DNA of 64,000 bases from Nitrospirota bacterium. GTDB lineage: Bacteria; Nitrospirota; UBA9217. Position numbers and translations under genes: made by a program. Below are positions 1 to 8,140 of the stretch, in pieces. Every line of letters starts with the position of its first letter. The first letter of the stretch is position 1. The notes below the pieces were generated by a model that was not told the origin of the DNA, made no database searches, and saw only the letters and a program-made list of their open reading frames with translations. The DNA is taken from the NCBI GenBank assembly GCA_963663225.1, contig OY760142.1:1088001-1152000 (forward strand). The letters run 5' to 3'.

Positions 1-273
1 AGTCTGATGTTTATGCCGGACGACCGGCAGGCAACGGAAGCCGAGTTGTCCACCGCAAAGCTGCTGACTCTTTTGATTGTGGTCGTCATGTCTTACCTGC
101 TGTGCGAAGTTCCGATGATTTTCGGTCTGGTGCTCTTTTTTCTGACGGATGGAAATGCTTTATATTTCTATATTTTCATGGTCATGTCGTTGCTGTTCTT
201 TGCCTTTTATTTTCCCCGGTACCGTCAGTGGGAAGTCTGGATGAGAGAAAAGAAAGCAGACCCGGATGCATAG
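1..273 (+). CDS. Membrane protein, 3' part (probably begins before the window)
   Basis: Frame is open from position 1; two hydrophobic helices followed by FPRYRQW. Confidence 0.6.
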   Translation, partial: SLMFMPDDRQATEAELSTAKLLTLLIVVVMSYLLCEVPMIFGLVLFFLTDGNALYFYIFMVMSLLFFAFYFPRYRQWEVWMREKKADPDA

Positions 274-310
274 CACAAAACATGGTTAGAAAAACGCGGG
301 ATTCCCGGAT

Positions 311-784
311 ATGGGTTTAAAGCCTTGGAGAACATACTCGATCTGTATGTTCATTTTTTTGTGGGCTGGCTGTGCTTCCGCCCCGGTACAACAAGTAACC
401 GGCTATACTCCAGCCGTCGGGGAACGGGCCGCTCGAACGGCGGCATCCATGGTCGGCATGCCTTACAAGTATCAGGGAGACAGCCCGGAAGGCTTTGACT
501 GCAGCGGATTGGTCCGCTACAGCTATTTAACTGCCGGCCTGGATGCTCCGCATGGAACAAAGGACTTGAGAAACGCTACCCGGCTGGTTGAAAACCGGAA
601 CTTGCAGAAGGGTGATTTGCTTTTTTTTGATGAAAAAGGCGGGAAATACTCCCACGTCGGCATTTATATCGGAAACCGGTATTTTGTACACGCACCGAGC
701 AGCGGCAAAAAAGTCCGGAAAAACAGCCTCACTGACCCCTACTGGAAGAGCCATTTCGTTGAAGCCCGACGGTTTTACAATTGA
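311..784 (+). CDS. NlpC/P60 (C40) peptidoglycan endopeptidase, lipoprotein
   Basis: Lipobox-like WAGC; GFDCSGLV catalytic Cys motif; HVGIY and FVHA His motifs. Confidence 0.9.
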   Translation: MGLKPWRTYSICMFIFLWAGCASAPVQQVTGYTPAVGERAARTAASMVGMPYKYQGDSPEGFDCSGLVRYSYLTAGLDAPHGTKDLRNATRLVENRNLQKGDLLFFDEKGGKYSHVGIYIGNRYFVHAPSSGKKVRKNSLTDPYWKSHFVEARRFYN

Positions 785-830
785 CTCATCCGAAATCCGG
801 TTTCTTCCACCCTCCGAAAAAACGTCGCCG

Positions 831-1496
831 CTATTTCTTCATTGATTCCGCGTACCGCTTAAGTTCCTTGTAAAAATCCTTGCCCATGAATGTTTCGATC
901 GTCTTTTTAAGGCTTTTGTACATCGGATCTCCGGCAGGATGCTTCATGCAGGGAATGTGGTCCAGGTAGGGCGTGTTCTGGATGGAAAGGACCTGCCTGC
1001 CGTCCTCTGTGGAATAAAACGAAAGCGGGTACTGTACGCAGTCTGCAAATTTGAACTCTTCCCAAACCAGTCCTTTTTCCATGGCATAGGTATGCACGGC
1101 ACAGTAGCGCAATCCCTCCGGGGTAGTATAGAGCAGTGAACAATCATTGTTAAACAGCAAAACGCACCGGAACTCTTTGCCGCCGAAGTTCCTCCTGATG
1201 GCCTGCGCTTCGTCTTCGTGGATTACGCACCCCGTGGGGCATTGCTTGGAGCAGATGCCGAGCACGGAACCGTTCTTTCTGATTGCCTCGCGGTTTTCTG
1301 GGGAGAGATAGGACAGAATGCCTTCAAGGTGGGCTTCAATTTTTTTTGCTTCCTGCTCCGGCACGATGCAGGAACGGTAGCAGCACTGGGATTTGCAGCC
1401 GTATTTCTCCACGTCACACCCGTAGGGGCGGGTGAAAATCTCCGGATTCACGAGAACTGAAGCAATTTCAACAAAACCACTCTCTGCAGAAGACAT
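831..1496 (-). CDS. Cys-rich DUF3109/YkgJ-like protein
   Basis: ATG at 1496 with GGAGG RBS; CKSQCC, CSLL...CAVH and CVQYPL pattern of the YkgJ/DUF3109 Cys-cluster fold. Confidence 0.7.
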   Translation of the reverse strand: MSSAESGFVEIASVLVNPEIFTRPYGCDVEKYGCKSQCCYRSCIVPEQEAKKIEAHLEGILSYLSPENREAIRKNGSVLGICSKQCPTGCVIHEDEAQAIRRNFGGKEFRCVLLFNNDCSLLYTTPEGLRYCAVHTYAMEKGLVWEEFKFADCVQYPLSFYSTEDGRQVLSIQNTPYLDHIPCMKHPAGDPMYKSLKKTIETFMGKDFYKELKRYAESMKK

Positions 1497-1668
1497 AAAC
1501 AACCTCCCGGGAAAAGCTATGGTGTGCCGTGCCGGCCGCGCAGCGCAATTCGTGACGTCTGAAAAACGGTAGGACGATGGTGTCGGCAGCTGCTTTCCGG
1601 CCTTCACTCGCCTCTGTTCAGGCGCCCGGTCCTCCTCACAAGCCCCCGCACGCCCGGCGAAGCAACGC

Positions 1669-1697
1669 ATTGTAAGACTATACGGACGGCTTGTAAA
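1669..1697 (-). promoter_or_regulatory. Sigma70-type promoter for the DUF3109-like gene
   Basis: TTTACA-17 nt-TACAAT on the minus strand. Confidence 0.6.
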
Positions 1698-1849
1698 GTT
1701 TTTTTTCCGCTGCCTCAGTTTTTACTTGCATTTGATGAAAAAAAGAGTATATTGCGCAACAAAAAATGAATGCGGAAACGTTGCTGCAGGCCTCGCAGGG
1801 CGCGGCTGAAATCGACTTTGAAAAAAATGAGCGCGTTTCATTTTTATTC

Positions 1850-1878
1850 TTGACAAAGAGTAGTATTTTTGATAAATG
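1850..1878 (+). promoter_or_regulatory. Probable sigma70 promoter of the spe operon
   Basis: Perfect TTGACA at 1850-1855; AT-rich imperfect -10 (TGATAAATG) about 17 nt downstream. Confidence 0.5.
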
Positions 1879-1887
1879 GAAACTAAA

Positions 1888-1929
1888 ATGTGCGTGGGTT
1901 GGCGCCGCCGGAAGTTCCGGCGGATTTGA
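1888..1929 (+). CDS. Putative Arg-rich leader peptide MCVGWRRRKFRRI (METKMCVGWRRRKFRRI if started at 1876)
   Basis: ATG TGC GTG GGT TGG CGC CGC CGG AAG TTC CGG CGG ATT TGA, directly after the promoter and 99 nt before the speD start. Confidence 0.4.
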   Translation: MCVGWRRRKFRRI

Positions 1930-2028
1930 TTCGGACGCTAGCCCTTCCGTAAGAACGGAAGGCGGTGCTCGCAGAATCCCGGCACTGTCGGGAAGCATGC
2001 TCGGCGGGCGGAGAAGGAGGCAAACAGG

Positions 2029-2457
2029 TTGCACGCGTTGGGTACCCACTTGTTGTTAGAGTTGCGGGATTGCAACCCCAAGACCCTCAGTAATCTGGAA
2101 TTTGTGCAGGAAACTCTCAAAAATGCCGCGCTTGAGGCAAAGGCGACGATTGTAGAAGTCGCTTTCCACGAATTCAGCCCCTTTGGCATCAGCGGGATGG
2201 TCGTCATTGCTGAATCCCACCTTGCCATCCACACCTGGCCGGAATACGGCTATGCAGCAGTCGATGTCTTCACCTGCGGAGACCTGATTGATCCCCGGGT
2301 TGCCGCTCAATACCTCATTGAAAAATTCGAATCTGGAAATCCCTCCATCGTCGAGATGAAGCGGGGCATTCTGGGCAACGAAAAGCTTCCCCACAAGGCA
2401 CAGCCAGGAGAATCTCTCAAGCATGATAGAACCGAAGAGCTACAAGTGGTTCATTGA
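2029..2457 (+). CDS. speD: S-adenosylmethionine decarboxylase proenzyme (class 1B)
   Basis: IAESHLAIHTWPEYGYAAVDVFTCG pyruvoyl self-cleavage motif; TTG start with AAGGAGG RBS. Confidence 0.95.
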   Translation: MHALGTHLLLELRDCNPKTLSNLEFVQETLKNAALEAKATIVEVAFHEFSPFGISGMVVIAESHLAIHTWPEYGYAAVDVFTCGDLIDPRVAAQYLIEKFESGNPSIVEMKRGILGNEKLPHKAQPGESLKHDRTEELQVVH

Positions 2458-3343
2458 GTACACGAGCCCTGAAGAGGGCCATCTGCACGGCATCCGCATG
2501 ATCCATTATGCAAACCAGACGAAATACCAGCGTATGGAAATCATGGACAGCGGAAGCTATGGGAGATGCCTCGTCCTGGACGGAAAAATGCAATCGTCGT
2601 TGACCGATGAGTTCATTTACCATGAAGCATTGGTCCACCCGGCACTCCTCACCCATCCGAACCCCAAAAGGGTCTTTATCGTGGGAGGAGGCGAAGGCGC
2701 CACGCTTCGCGAAGTCTTGCGTCATAAAAGCGTGGAATACTGCATGATGGTTGATATTGACCAGGAAGTGGTTGAAAAATCCAAGGAACTTCTCCCGGAG
2801 TGGCATCAGGGGGCCTTTGATGATCCCCGGACCGATCTCAGGTTCATGGACGCCCGAAAGTACCTTGAAGAGACCACGGACACCTATGATGCAATCATTA
2901 TCGATATATCCGAGCCTGTTGAAGAGGGGCCTGCCTATCTCCTCTTCACACGGGAGTTTTATGAAATTGTAAAAGAACGGCTCAGCCCTGACGGGACCAT
3001 ATCGCTTCAGGCCGGAACAACGGCCCTGCACCAGCTGTTGAATTTTACCGCGGTCAATAAAACCTTGAGTGCAGTTTTCCCCGTGGTCTGCCCGTATAAT
3101 GTCTCTATTCCTTCCTTCGGCCTTCCGTGGGGCTTCACTCTTGCCTCCAAGAATATCGATCCGAGCAAATTCGACCCCAAAGAGTTGGACGCAATGATCA
3201 AGAAACGGATCAAAGGCGAGAACCGGTATTATGACGGCATCACCAACCAGGGCATGTACATGCTGCCCAAACATATCCGCAAGGCTTTGGCTGCAGAAAC
3301 CAGGATCATAGAGGACAACGCTCCCCTCTTTACGTACCATTAG
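2423..3343 (+). CDS. speE: Polyamine aminopropyltransferase (spermidine synthase family)
   Basis: LVLDGKMQS, DEFIYHEALVHP, GGGEGATLRE and DAIIID motifs. Confidence 0.93.
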   Translation: MIEPKSYKWFIEYTSPEEGHLHGIRMIHYANQTKYQRMEIMDSGSYGRCLVLDGKMQSSLTDEFIYHEALVHPALLTHPNPKRVFIVGGGEGATLREVLRHKSVEYCMMVDIDQEVVEKSKELLPEWHQGAFDDPRTDLRFMDARKYLEETTDTYDAIIIDISEPVEEGPAYLLFTREFYEIVKERLSPDGTISLQAGTTALHQLLNFTAVNKTLSAVFPVVCPYNVSIPSFGLPWGFTLASKNIDPSKFDPKELDAMIKKRIKGENRYYDGITNQGMYMLPKHIRKALAAETRIIEDNAPLFTYH

Positions 3344-3348
3344 AGGCC

Positions 3349-4833
3349 ATGAATCCTCCTCCTTCCCGATTTGAGGATGAACAATTCCGCACTCCGCTGT
3401 TTGACGCGATGGTCAACCTCGCGGAGAGCCGTAAAGTATCCTTTCACACCCCCGGACATAAGAGCGGCAAAGGCATATCGACCCGTTTCCGTAAATTCGT
3501 CGGCCACCGCATCTTTTCCATTGACCTCACGACTCTCGATGAAGTCGATTCACTCCAAAACCCGACCGGAGTCATCAAGGAAGCTCAGGAACTGGCCGCG
3601 AAAGCCGCAGGAGCAGACCGGTCCTATTTCCTTGTAAACGGAACAACCGTCGGAAACCATGCCATGGTCGCTTCCACGACGGGACCGGGCGATAAAGTGC
3701 TTATCGCAAGAAACTGCCATCGGTCGGTGCTCACCGGACTGATCGTGAGCGGCGCACAGCCGATTTTTTTCCAGCCGATTTTTGACCGGGATCTCAAACT
3801 CACCCTGAATATGACCTTCGAGACCGTTAAACAGGCCATAGACGAAAATCCCGGCGCACGGGCGCTGCTGATCACAAGCCCGAATTACTACGGCCTCTGC
3901 GCAGACATCGAAAAAATCATCCCCTACGCTCATGAGAAGGGGCTTATCGTGCTCATGGACGAAGCACACGGCCCGCACCTCAAATTCAATCCGAAATTGC
4001 CGAAATGCGCCCTGGAAACAGGCGCGGACATGTGTGTCCAGTCAACCCATAAAATCGTCGGGGGCATGACCCAGGCCTCCATGCTGCACGCAAATACCGG
4101 GCGGATCAATATCGACGATGTCACCAACACCCTCAAGCTGCTCCAGACCACCAGCCCGTCGTACATTCTGATGGCTTCTCTTGACCTCGCCCGCATGCAA
4201 ATGGCCACGGAAGGCAAAAAACTGTTAAACCGGACCATAAAACTGGCGGAAGAGGCCCGTGCAGAAATCAACAAAATTCCCGGCATCTCCTGTTTCAGCA
4301 AGGAACGGGCAAAGCAGTCCGGGATGGCCGATATGGACGTCACCAAGCTGACCATTACCGTTTCCGACCTGGGGCTGTCGGGCTATACCGTCTCCCAGAT
4401 GCTCAACACCCGCTTCGACATTCAGGTCGAGATGGCGGATCCCTTCCATGTGCTCGTAATCGTGTCCATCGGAGACCGGCAGGACGACCTGAACCGGCTT
4501 GTGGACGCGCTCCGCCAGATTGCCGCAGAAACCGGCCTTCAGGGAGCCCTGCTGCCGCTCGACAAGGTCCACCCGCCGGTTCTTCAGAACCGCTTTGCCA
4601 TGACCCCGCGCGAAGCGTTTTACTACGATACCGAGATGGTAGGCATTAATCAGGCAATCGGCAGAGTCTCCGCTGAAATCGTGACTGTTTATCCTCCCGG
4701 CATCCCGCTGCTCGTTCCCGGCGAAGAAATTTCACAGGACGCCATCGATTATCTCAGGAACATGGCCGGTCTCGGTGCCATCATAGACGGAATGAACGAA
4801 AATAATTCCCTGGTACGCGTGGTAAAAACATAG
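3349..4833 (+). CDS. PLP-dependent Arg/Lys/Orn decarboxylase (fold type I, wing-less Bacillus SpeA-like)
   Basis: FHTPGH, DEAHG, QSTHK (PLP Lys), TTSPSY and YPPGIP motifs. Confidence 0.9.
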   Translation: MNPPPSRFEDEQFRTPLFDAMVNLAESRKVSFHTPGHKSGKGISTRFRKFVGHRIFSIDLTTLDEVDSLQNPTGVIKEAQELAAKAAGADRSYFLVNGTTVGNHAMVASTTGPGDKVLIARNCHRSVLTGLIVSGAQPIFFQPIFDRDLKLTLNMTFETVKQAIDENPGARALLITSPNYYGLCADIEKIIPYAHEKGLIVLMDEAHGPHLKFNPKLPKCALETGADMCVQSTHKIVGGMTQASMLHANTGRINIDDVTNTLKLLQTTSPSYILMASLDLARMQMATEGKKLLNRTIKLAEEARAEINKIPGISCFSKERAKQSGMADMDVTKLTITVSDLGLSGYTVSQMLNTRFDIQVEMADPFHVLVIVSIGDRQDDLNRLVDALRQIAAETGLQGALLPLDKVHPPVLQNRFAMTPREAFYYDTEMVGINQAIGRVSAEIVTVYPPGIPLLVPGEEISQDAIDYLRNMAGLGAIIDGMNENNSLVRVVKT

Positions 4834-4858
4834 TTTTCCCGTCTGAAGGAGCACATAC

Positions 4859-5485
4859 ATGATACGGCGTCTTCGCACGTATTTCGTGCAAAGTCTCATC
4901 TGCCTTATTACCGCACTTCTGTTCCTGCCTTTTCATGCCTCCGCAGAAAACAATACTTCCTGCATCCTGGACGATGAAGAATATTCCGTTATTGCCGCAG
5001 TATTGTTTCGTGCGGAACACAATATGGCTGCGCTCAAAAAAAAGCCGTACTCTAAACACGATCAAGACCTTGACGGCATCCCCTCTTCCTTTATTTTGCT
5101 CTCCGATGTGACCCGACAGGAAAAATTGGACAATCCTGCACCGGACGCAGGCATGATTGCAGACTATAATCGGAAGAATGCCGACATTTGCAGCATTGAC
5201 AAAAAAAAGCTGCAAGCCCTTGTTCCGGAAAAGAGCAGAATCAGCTTTATCAGTCCGGGAGCGTGGAGGAATAGCAGGGAGGAAGCCCTTCGGAATCAGT
5301 CCCTGTCTTCCGGCCTCACCTCTGTTTCCCGGCCCGGTTTTAATGCAAATAACACCCGTGCCGTTATACAGATAAACCATATTGCCGATTTTGAAATGGG
5401 CGCCGGCTACCTGGTGTATCTGGAAAAAAACCCTTCGGACAACGTGTGGATTCTTACCGGCGCTGTGCTGAACCGCATATATTGA
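4859..5485 (+). CDS. Exported hypothetical protein
   Basis: Signal peptide ending in ASA; SRPGFN motif; no family recognised. Confidence 0.65.
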   Translation: MIRRLRTYFVQSLICLITALLFLPFHASAENNTSCILDDEEYSVIAAVLFRAEHNMAALKKKPYSKHDQDLDGIPSSFILLSDVTRQEKLDNPAPDAGMIADYNRKNADICSIDKKKLQALVPEKSRISFISPGAWRNSREEALRNQSLSSGLTSVSRPGFNANNTRAVIQINHIADFEMGAGYLVYLEKNPSDNVWILTGAVLNRIY

Positions 5486-5560
5486 TCAACCTGTTTGCGA
5501 TATGGTGCAGAGATTGGAAGCATATAGTTTTCTCCTCGACATATGCAAGCGCTTCAAATC

Positions 5561-5589
5561 TTGACGACACCGGAGCCATTGATTATACT
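5561..5589 (+). promoter_or_regulatory. Sigma70 promoter of the USP gene
   Basis: TTGACG-17 nt-TATACT. Confidence 0.55.
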
Positions 5590-5667
5590 GTAAAAAAGAC
5601 AGCTCAAAACCTATGACGGCAGCGGTACAGACAGATCAGGAAAACCGGCTGCCGTGTATACAGGAGC

Positions 5668-6144
5668 ATGCACATGAAGCAGGGCATACTGGTACCTTTT
5701 GATGGTTCGGCAAATGCCGTCGAAGCAGTGCGGGTGGCAATTGAAATGGCCAAAGTTTTTAAAGAAAAAATAACGCTGCTCAATGTCCAGCACAGCTACG
5801 AGACACTGCACACCAAAATGTTTTTTGACAAAGTGCAGATCCATGATTATCAGCTGCAGCAGGCAGAGGAAATAATGCGCCCGGCACTGGATGTTCTCAA
5901 ACAGTCCGGCGTTGATTTTTCCAGCAAGATGCGGGTCGGCGATCCGCGCGACCAGATCATCAGGGAGGCTCAAAGCGACTGCGAGCAGGGAAAGGCCTGC
6001 ATGCTCCAGGGTATGCGATGGATCGTAATGGGGTCGAGGGGCCTGAATGCTTTTCTGGGAAGCGTAATAGGCAGTGTGAGCATGGGAGTTTTGCATGGGG
6101 CGCCCTGCCCGGTTGTGATTGTTCCTTATTCCTGCCAGACCTGA
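5668..6144 (+). CDS. Universal stress protein
   Basis: ILVPFDGS and IVMGSRG...GSVS...APCPVVIV motifs. Confidence 0.92.
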   Translation: MHMKQGILVPFDGSANAVEAVRVAIEMAKVFKEKITLLNVQHSYETLHTKMFFDKVQIHDYQLQQAEEIMRPALDVLKQSGVDFSSKMRVGDPRDQIIREAQSDCEQGKACMLQGMRWIVMGSRGLNAFLGSVIGSVSMGVLHGAPCPVVIVPYSCQT

Positions 6145-6308
6145 CAGAGAAACGCGAGCATCTTATAAAGAGGGGGCAGGAGCCTTGTAATACAAACTGA
6201 TCCAGGCTCCCTATTTCCGTATCTCTGAAGTTCTTCTTACTATGCAAAACAAAAAAACATCTCTCCGGCAAACCCAAAAATCTATATGCATCCGGCAAGA
6301 GGGAAGAA

Positions 6309-6968
6309 ATGAACGTTATTCTTTTTGGTGCAACAGGCATGATCGGCCAGGGTGTTTTACGGGAATGTCTGCTCAATCCCGATGTAGAAAGTATTTTAGC
6401 AATCGTCCGGACTCCAACTGGACAGCAACATGAAAAACTGAAAGAGATCAAACATGAAAATTTTCTGGATTTTTCCGGAATCAGGGAAGAACTCAAGGGT
6501 TATGACGCCTGTTTTTTCTGCCTCGGTGTTTCCACCGCGGGGAGAACCAAGCAAGATTATCTGTTGGTAACCTACGATATTACCCTGGCGGCCGCACAGA
6601 TCCTGGCTGATTTGAATCGGGACATGATGTTTATTTATGTATCAGGCGCGGGAACGGACAGTACCGAAAACAGCCGCGCCATGTGGGCCCGGGTAAAAGG
6701 CCGGACTGAGAATGCGCTGCTCCGGCTGCCATTCAGGGAAGCGTATATGTTCCGGCCGTCGTTTATCCAGCCCCTGCATGGCGCTGTTTCAAAAACAACG
6801 CTTTACAGAATATTGTATGCGGTACTCGCTCCTTTTTTTCCGGTTTTGCGGCTGCTCTTTCCCCGAAAAATTACAACGACAGAACAACTCGGGCGTGCAA
6901 TGGTCAGGGTCGCTCAATGCGGCTTTCCCAGACCGGTACTTGAGAGCGAAGACATTAACGCTGTTTAA
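6309..6968 (+). CDS. NAD(P)-binding Rossmann-fold epimerase/dehydratase-like protein (TIP30/YraR-like)
   Basis: GATGMIG, YDACFFCLG and WARVKG motifs. Confidence 0.85.
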   Translation: MNVILFGATGMIGQGVLRECLLNPDVESILAIVRTPTGQQHEKLKEIKHENFLDFSGIREELKGYDACFFCLGVSTAGRTKQDYLLVTYDITLAAAQILADLNRDMMFIYVSGAGTDSTENSRAMWARVKGRTENALLRLPFREAYMFRPSFIQPLHGAVSKTTLYRILYAVLAPFFPVLRLLFPRKITTTEQLGRAMVRVAQCGFPRPVLESEDINAV

Positions 6969-6997
6969 AAATAATAGCAGTGTCGAAGGAGACTTCC

Positions 6998-7690
6998 ATG
7001 AAACGGCAGGTAAGCAGAAGGAACTTCATAAAAACCGCTGCAACTGCAGGCATAATGCTTTCCTCAGGCACCGGCTTCTGGGAAGACGGAAGGAATGCTC
7101 TCGCAAAAGAGGCGCAGGCCGTCAATCCTTCACACTCATCGGCGGCAAACGTCAATGTTCTGCAGAGCTTGCTTCAGAAGAGGCGTTCTGTCCGGGAATT
7201 CAGGCCGGAACCCCTTCCCATGCCGGTCATCTCACGCCTGCTTTGGTCGGCCTTCGGGATCAACCGCCCGGATGGAAAACGCACCGCTCCTTCTGCCCGA
7301 AATCGCCAGGAAATAGACATTTACGTTGCGACTTCAAACGGCCTTTCCGTGTATGACGCAAAAGAAAACACGGTGAAGCTGATCCTGCCACAAGACATCA
7401 GAGAAATCACCGGCACCCAATCCTATGCCGGACAGGCCCCTCTCAATCTTGTTTACGTCGCCGACAGTGCAAGAATGGGCGCGACGACAAAAGAAGAAAC
7501 GATTTTTTATTCGGCTGCCAATACGGGATTTATCTGTCAGAATGTATATTTGTTTTGTGCTGCCGAGGGTCTGGGAACCACGGTGCGGGCGGCCATCGAC
7601 AAGCCGCTTCTGGCGCAGACAATGAAGCTGCGGCCCGATCAAATAATCACGCTCGCGCAGTCTGTCGGATATCCGAAAACCGGGGTCTGA
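6998..7690 (+). CDS. Tat-signal nitroreductase family (SagB-like) flavoprotein
   Basis: SRRNFIK twin-arginine signal; RRSVREF, RTAPSA and QNVYL motifs; AAGGAG RBS before ATG 6998. Confidence 0.85.
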   Translation: MKRQVSRRNFIKTAATAGIMLSSGTGFWEDGRNALAKEAQAVNPSHSSAANVNVLQSLLQKRRSVREFRPEPLPMPVISRLLWSAFGINRPDGKRTAPSARNRQEIDIYVATSNGLSVYDAKENTVKLILPQDIREITGTQSYAGQAPLNLVYVADSARMGATTKEETIFYSAANTGFICQNVYLFCAAEGLGTTVRAAIDKPLLAQTMKLRPDQIITLAQSVGYPKTGV

Positions 7691-7781
7691 ACGGCGCTTG
7701 CGGAATCCATGCTGCTTTTTTCAGAGCGCTGTTCAAGGATGGTGGATCGCCACCCTCTTCTGATGGCAGTTCCGGTTGCCG

Positions 7782-8000
7782 TTATGCCGGGATGTTCACA
7801 CTGCAAACGACATTTTCCCTGCTCTCAATCGTTACGGTCAGATCATCAAATATTCCGGCTTTGTAATCCCGGAGCGCCGTATGGATAAGATCCTGCACCA
7901 GTATCCACTCCTCACCATGTAATGCATAGGGCGACCGGATGACGATACAGTGCTTGTTCTTTCCGCTCTGCATGTTGTTCCCCTTCCCTTCGCTCTCCAT
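7782..8000 (-). CDS. Small hypothetical protein (about 72 aa)
   Basis: ATG at 8000 preceded by GAGGAG RBS; divergent from the LysR gene. Confidence 0.5.
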   Translation of the reverse strand: MESEGKGNNMQSGKNKHCIVIRSPYALHGEEWILVQDLIHTALRDYKAGIFDDLTVTIESRENVVCSVNIPA

Positions 8001-8140
8001 ACACTCCTCTTTTCGGTGGCACGTATCAGCAAGCGTGCAAACAATCACACGGAGTTGCCGGTTTGAATCTTCTTGCACCGTACCGCAGAACGTACTATAA
8101 TTCAAATCAATTATTTTTAATATAACGATAAACCTAATTT

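Noticed and set aside
1497-1670. 58-aa N-terminal extension of ORF 831..1670
   Set aside because: Its ATG overlaps the predicted -10 box, and a good RBS precedes ATG 1496.
1880-2028. SAM-I or spermidine riboswitch upstream of speD
   Set aside because: I could not find the SAM-I core elements (AUC..GAG, kink-turn, GCAACC, GUGC..AUUCC, GAU). A cmscan would be needed to exclude it fully.
1766-2059. 97-aa ORF spanning the speD leader
   Set aside because: It crosses the promoter and hairpins, has no RBS or recognisable motif, and overlaps the speD start.
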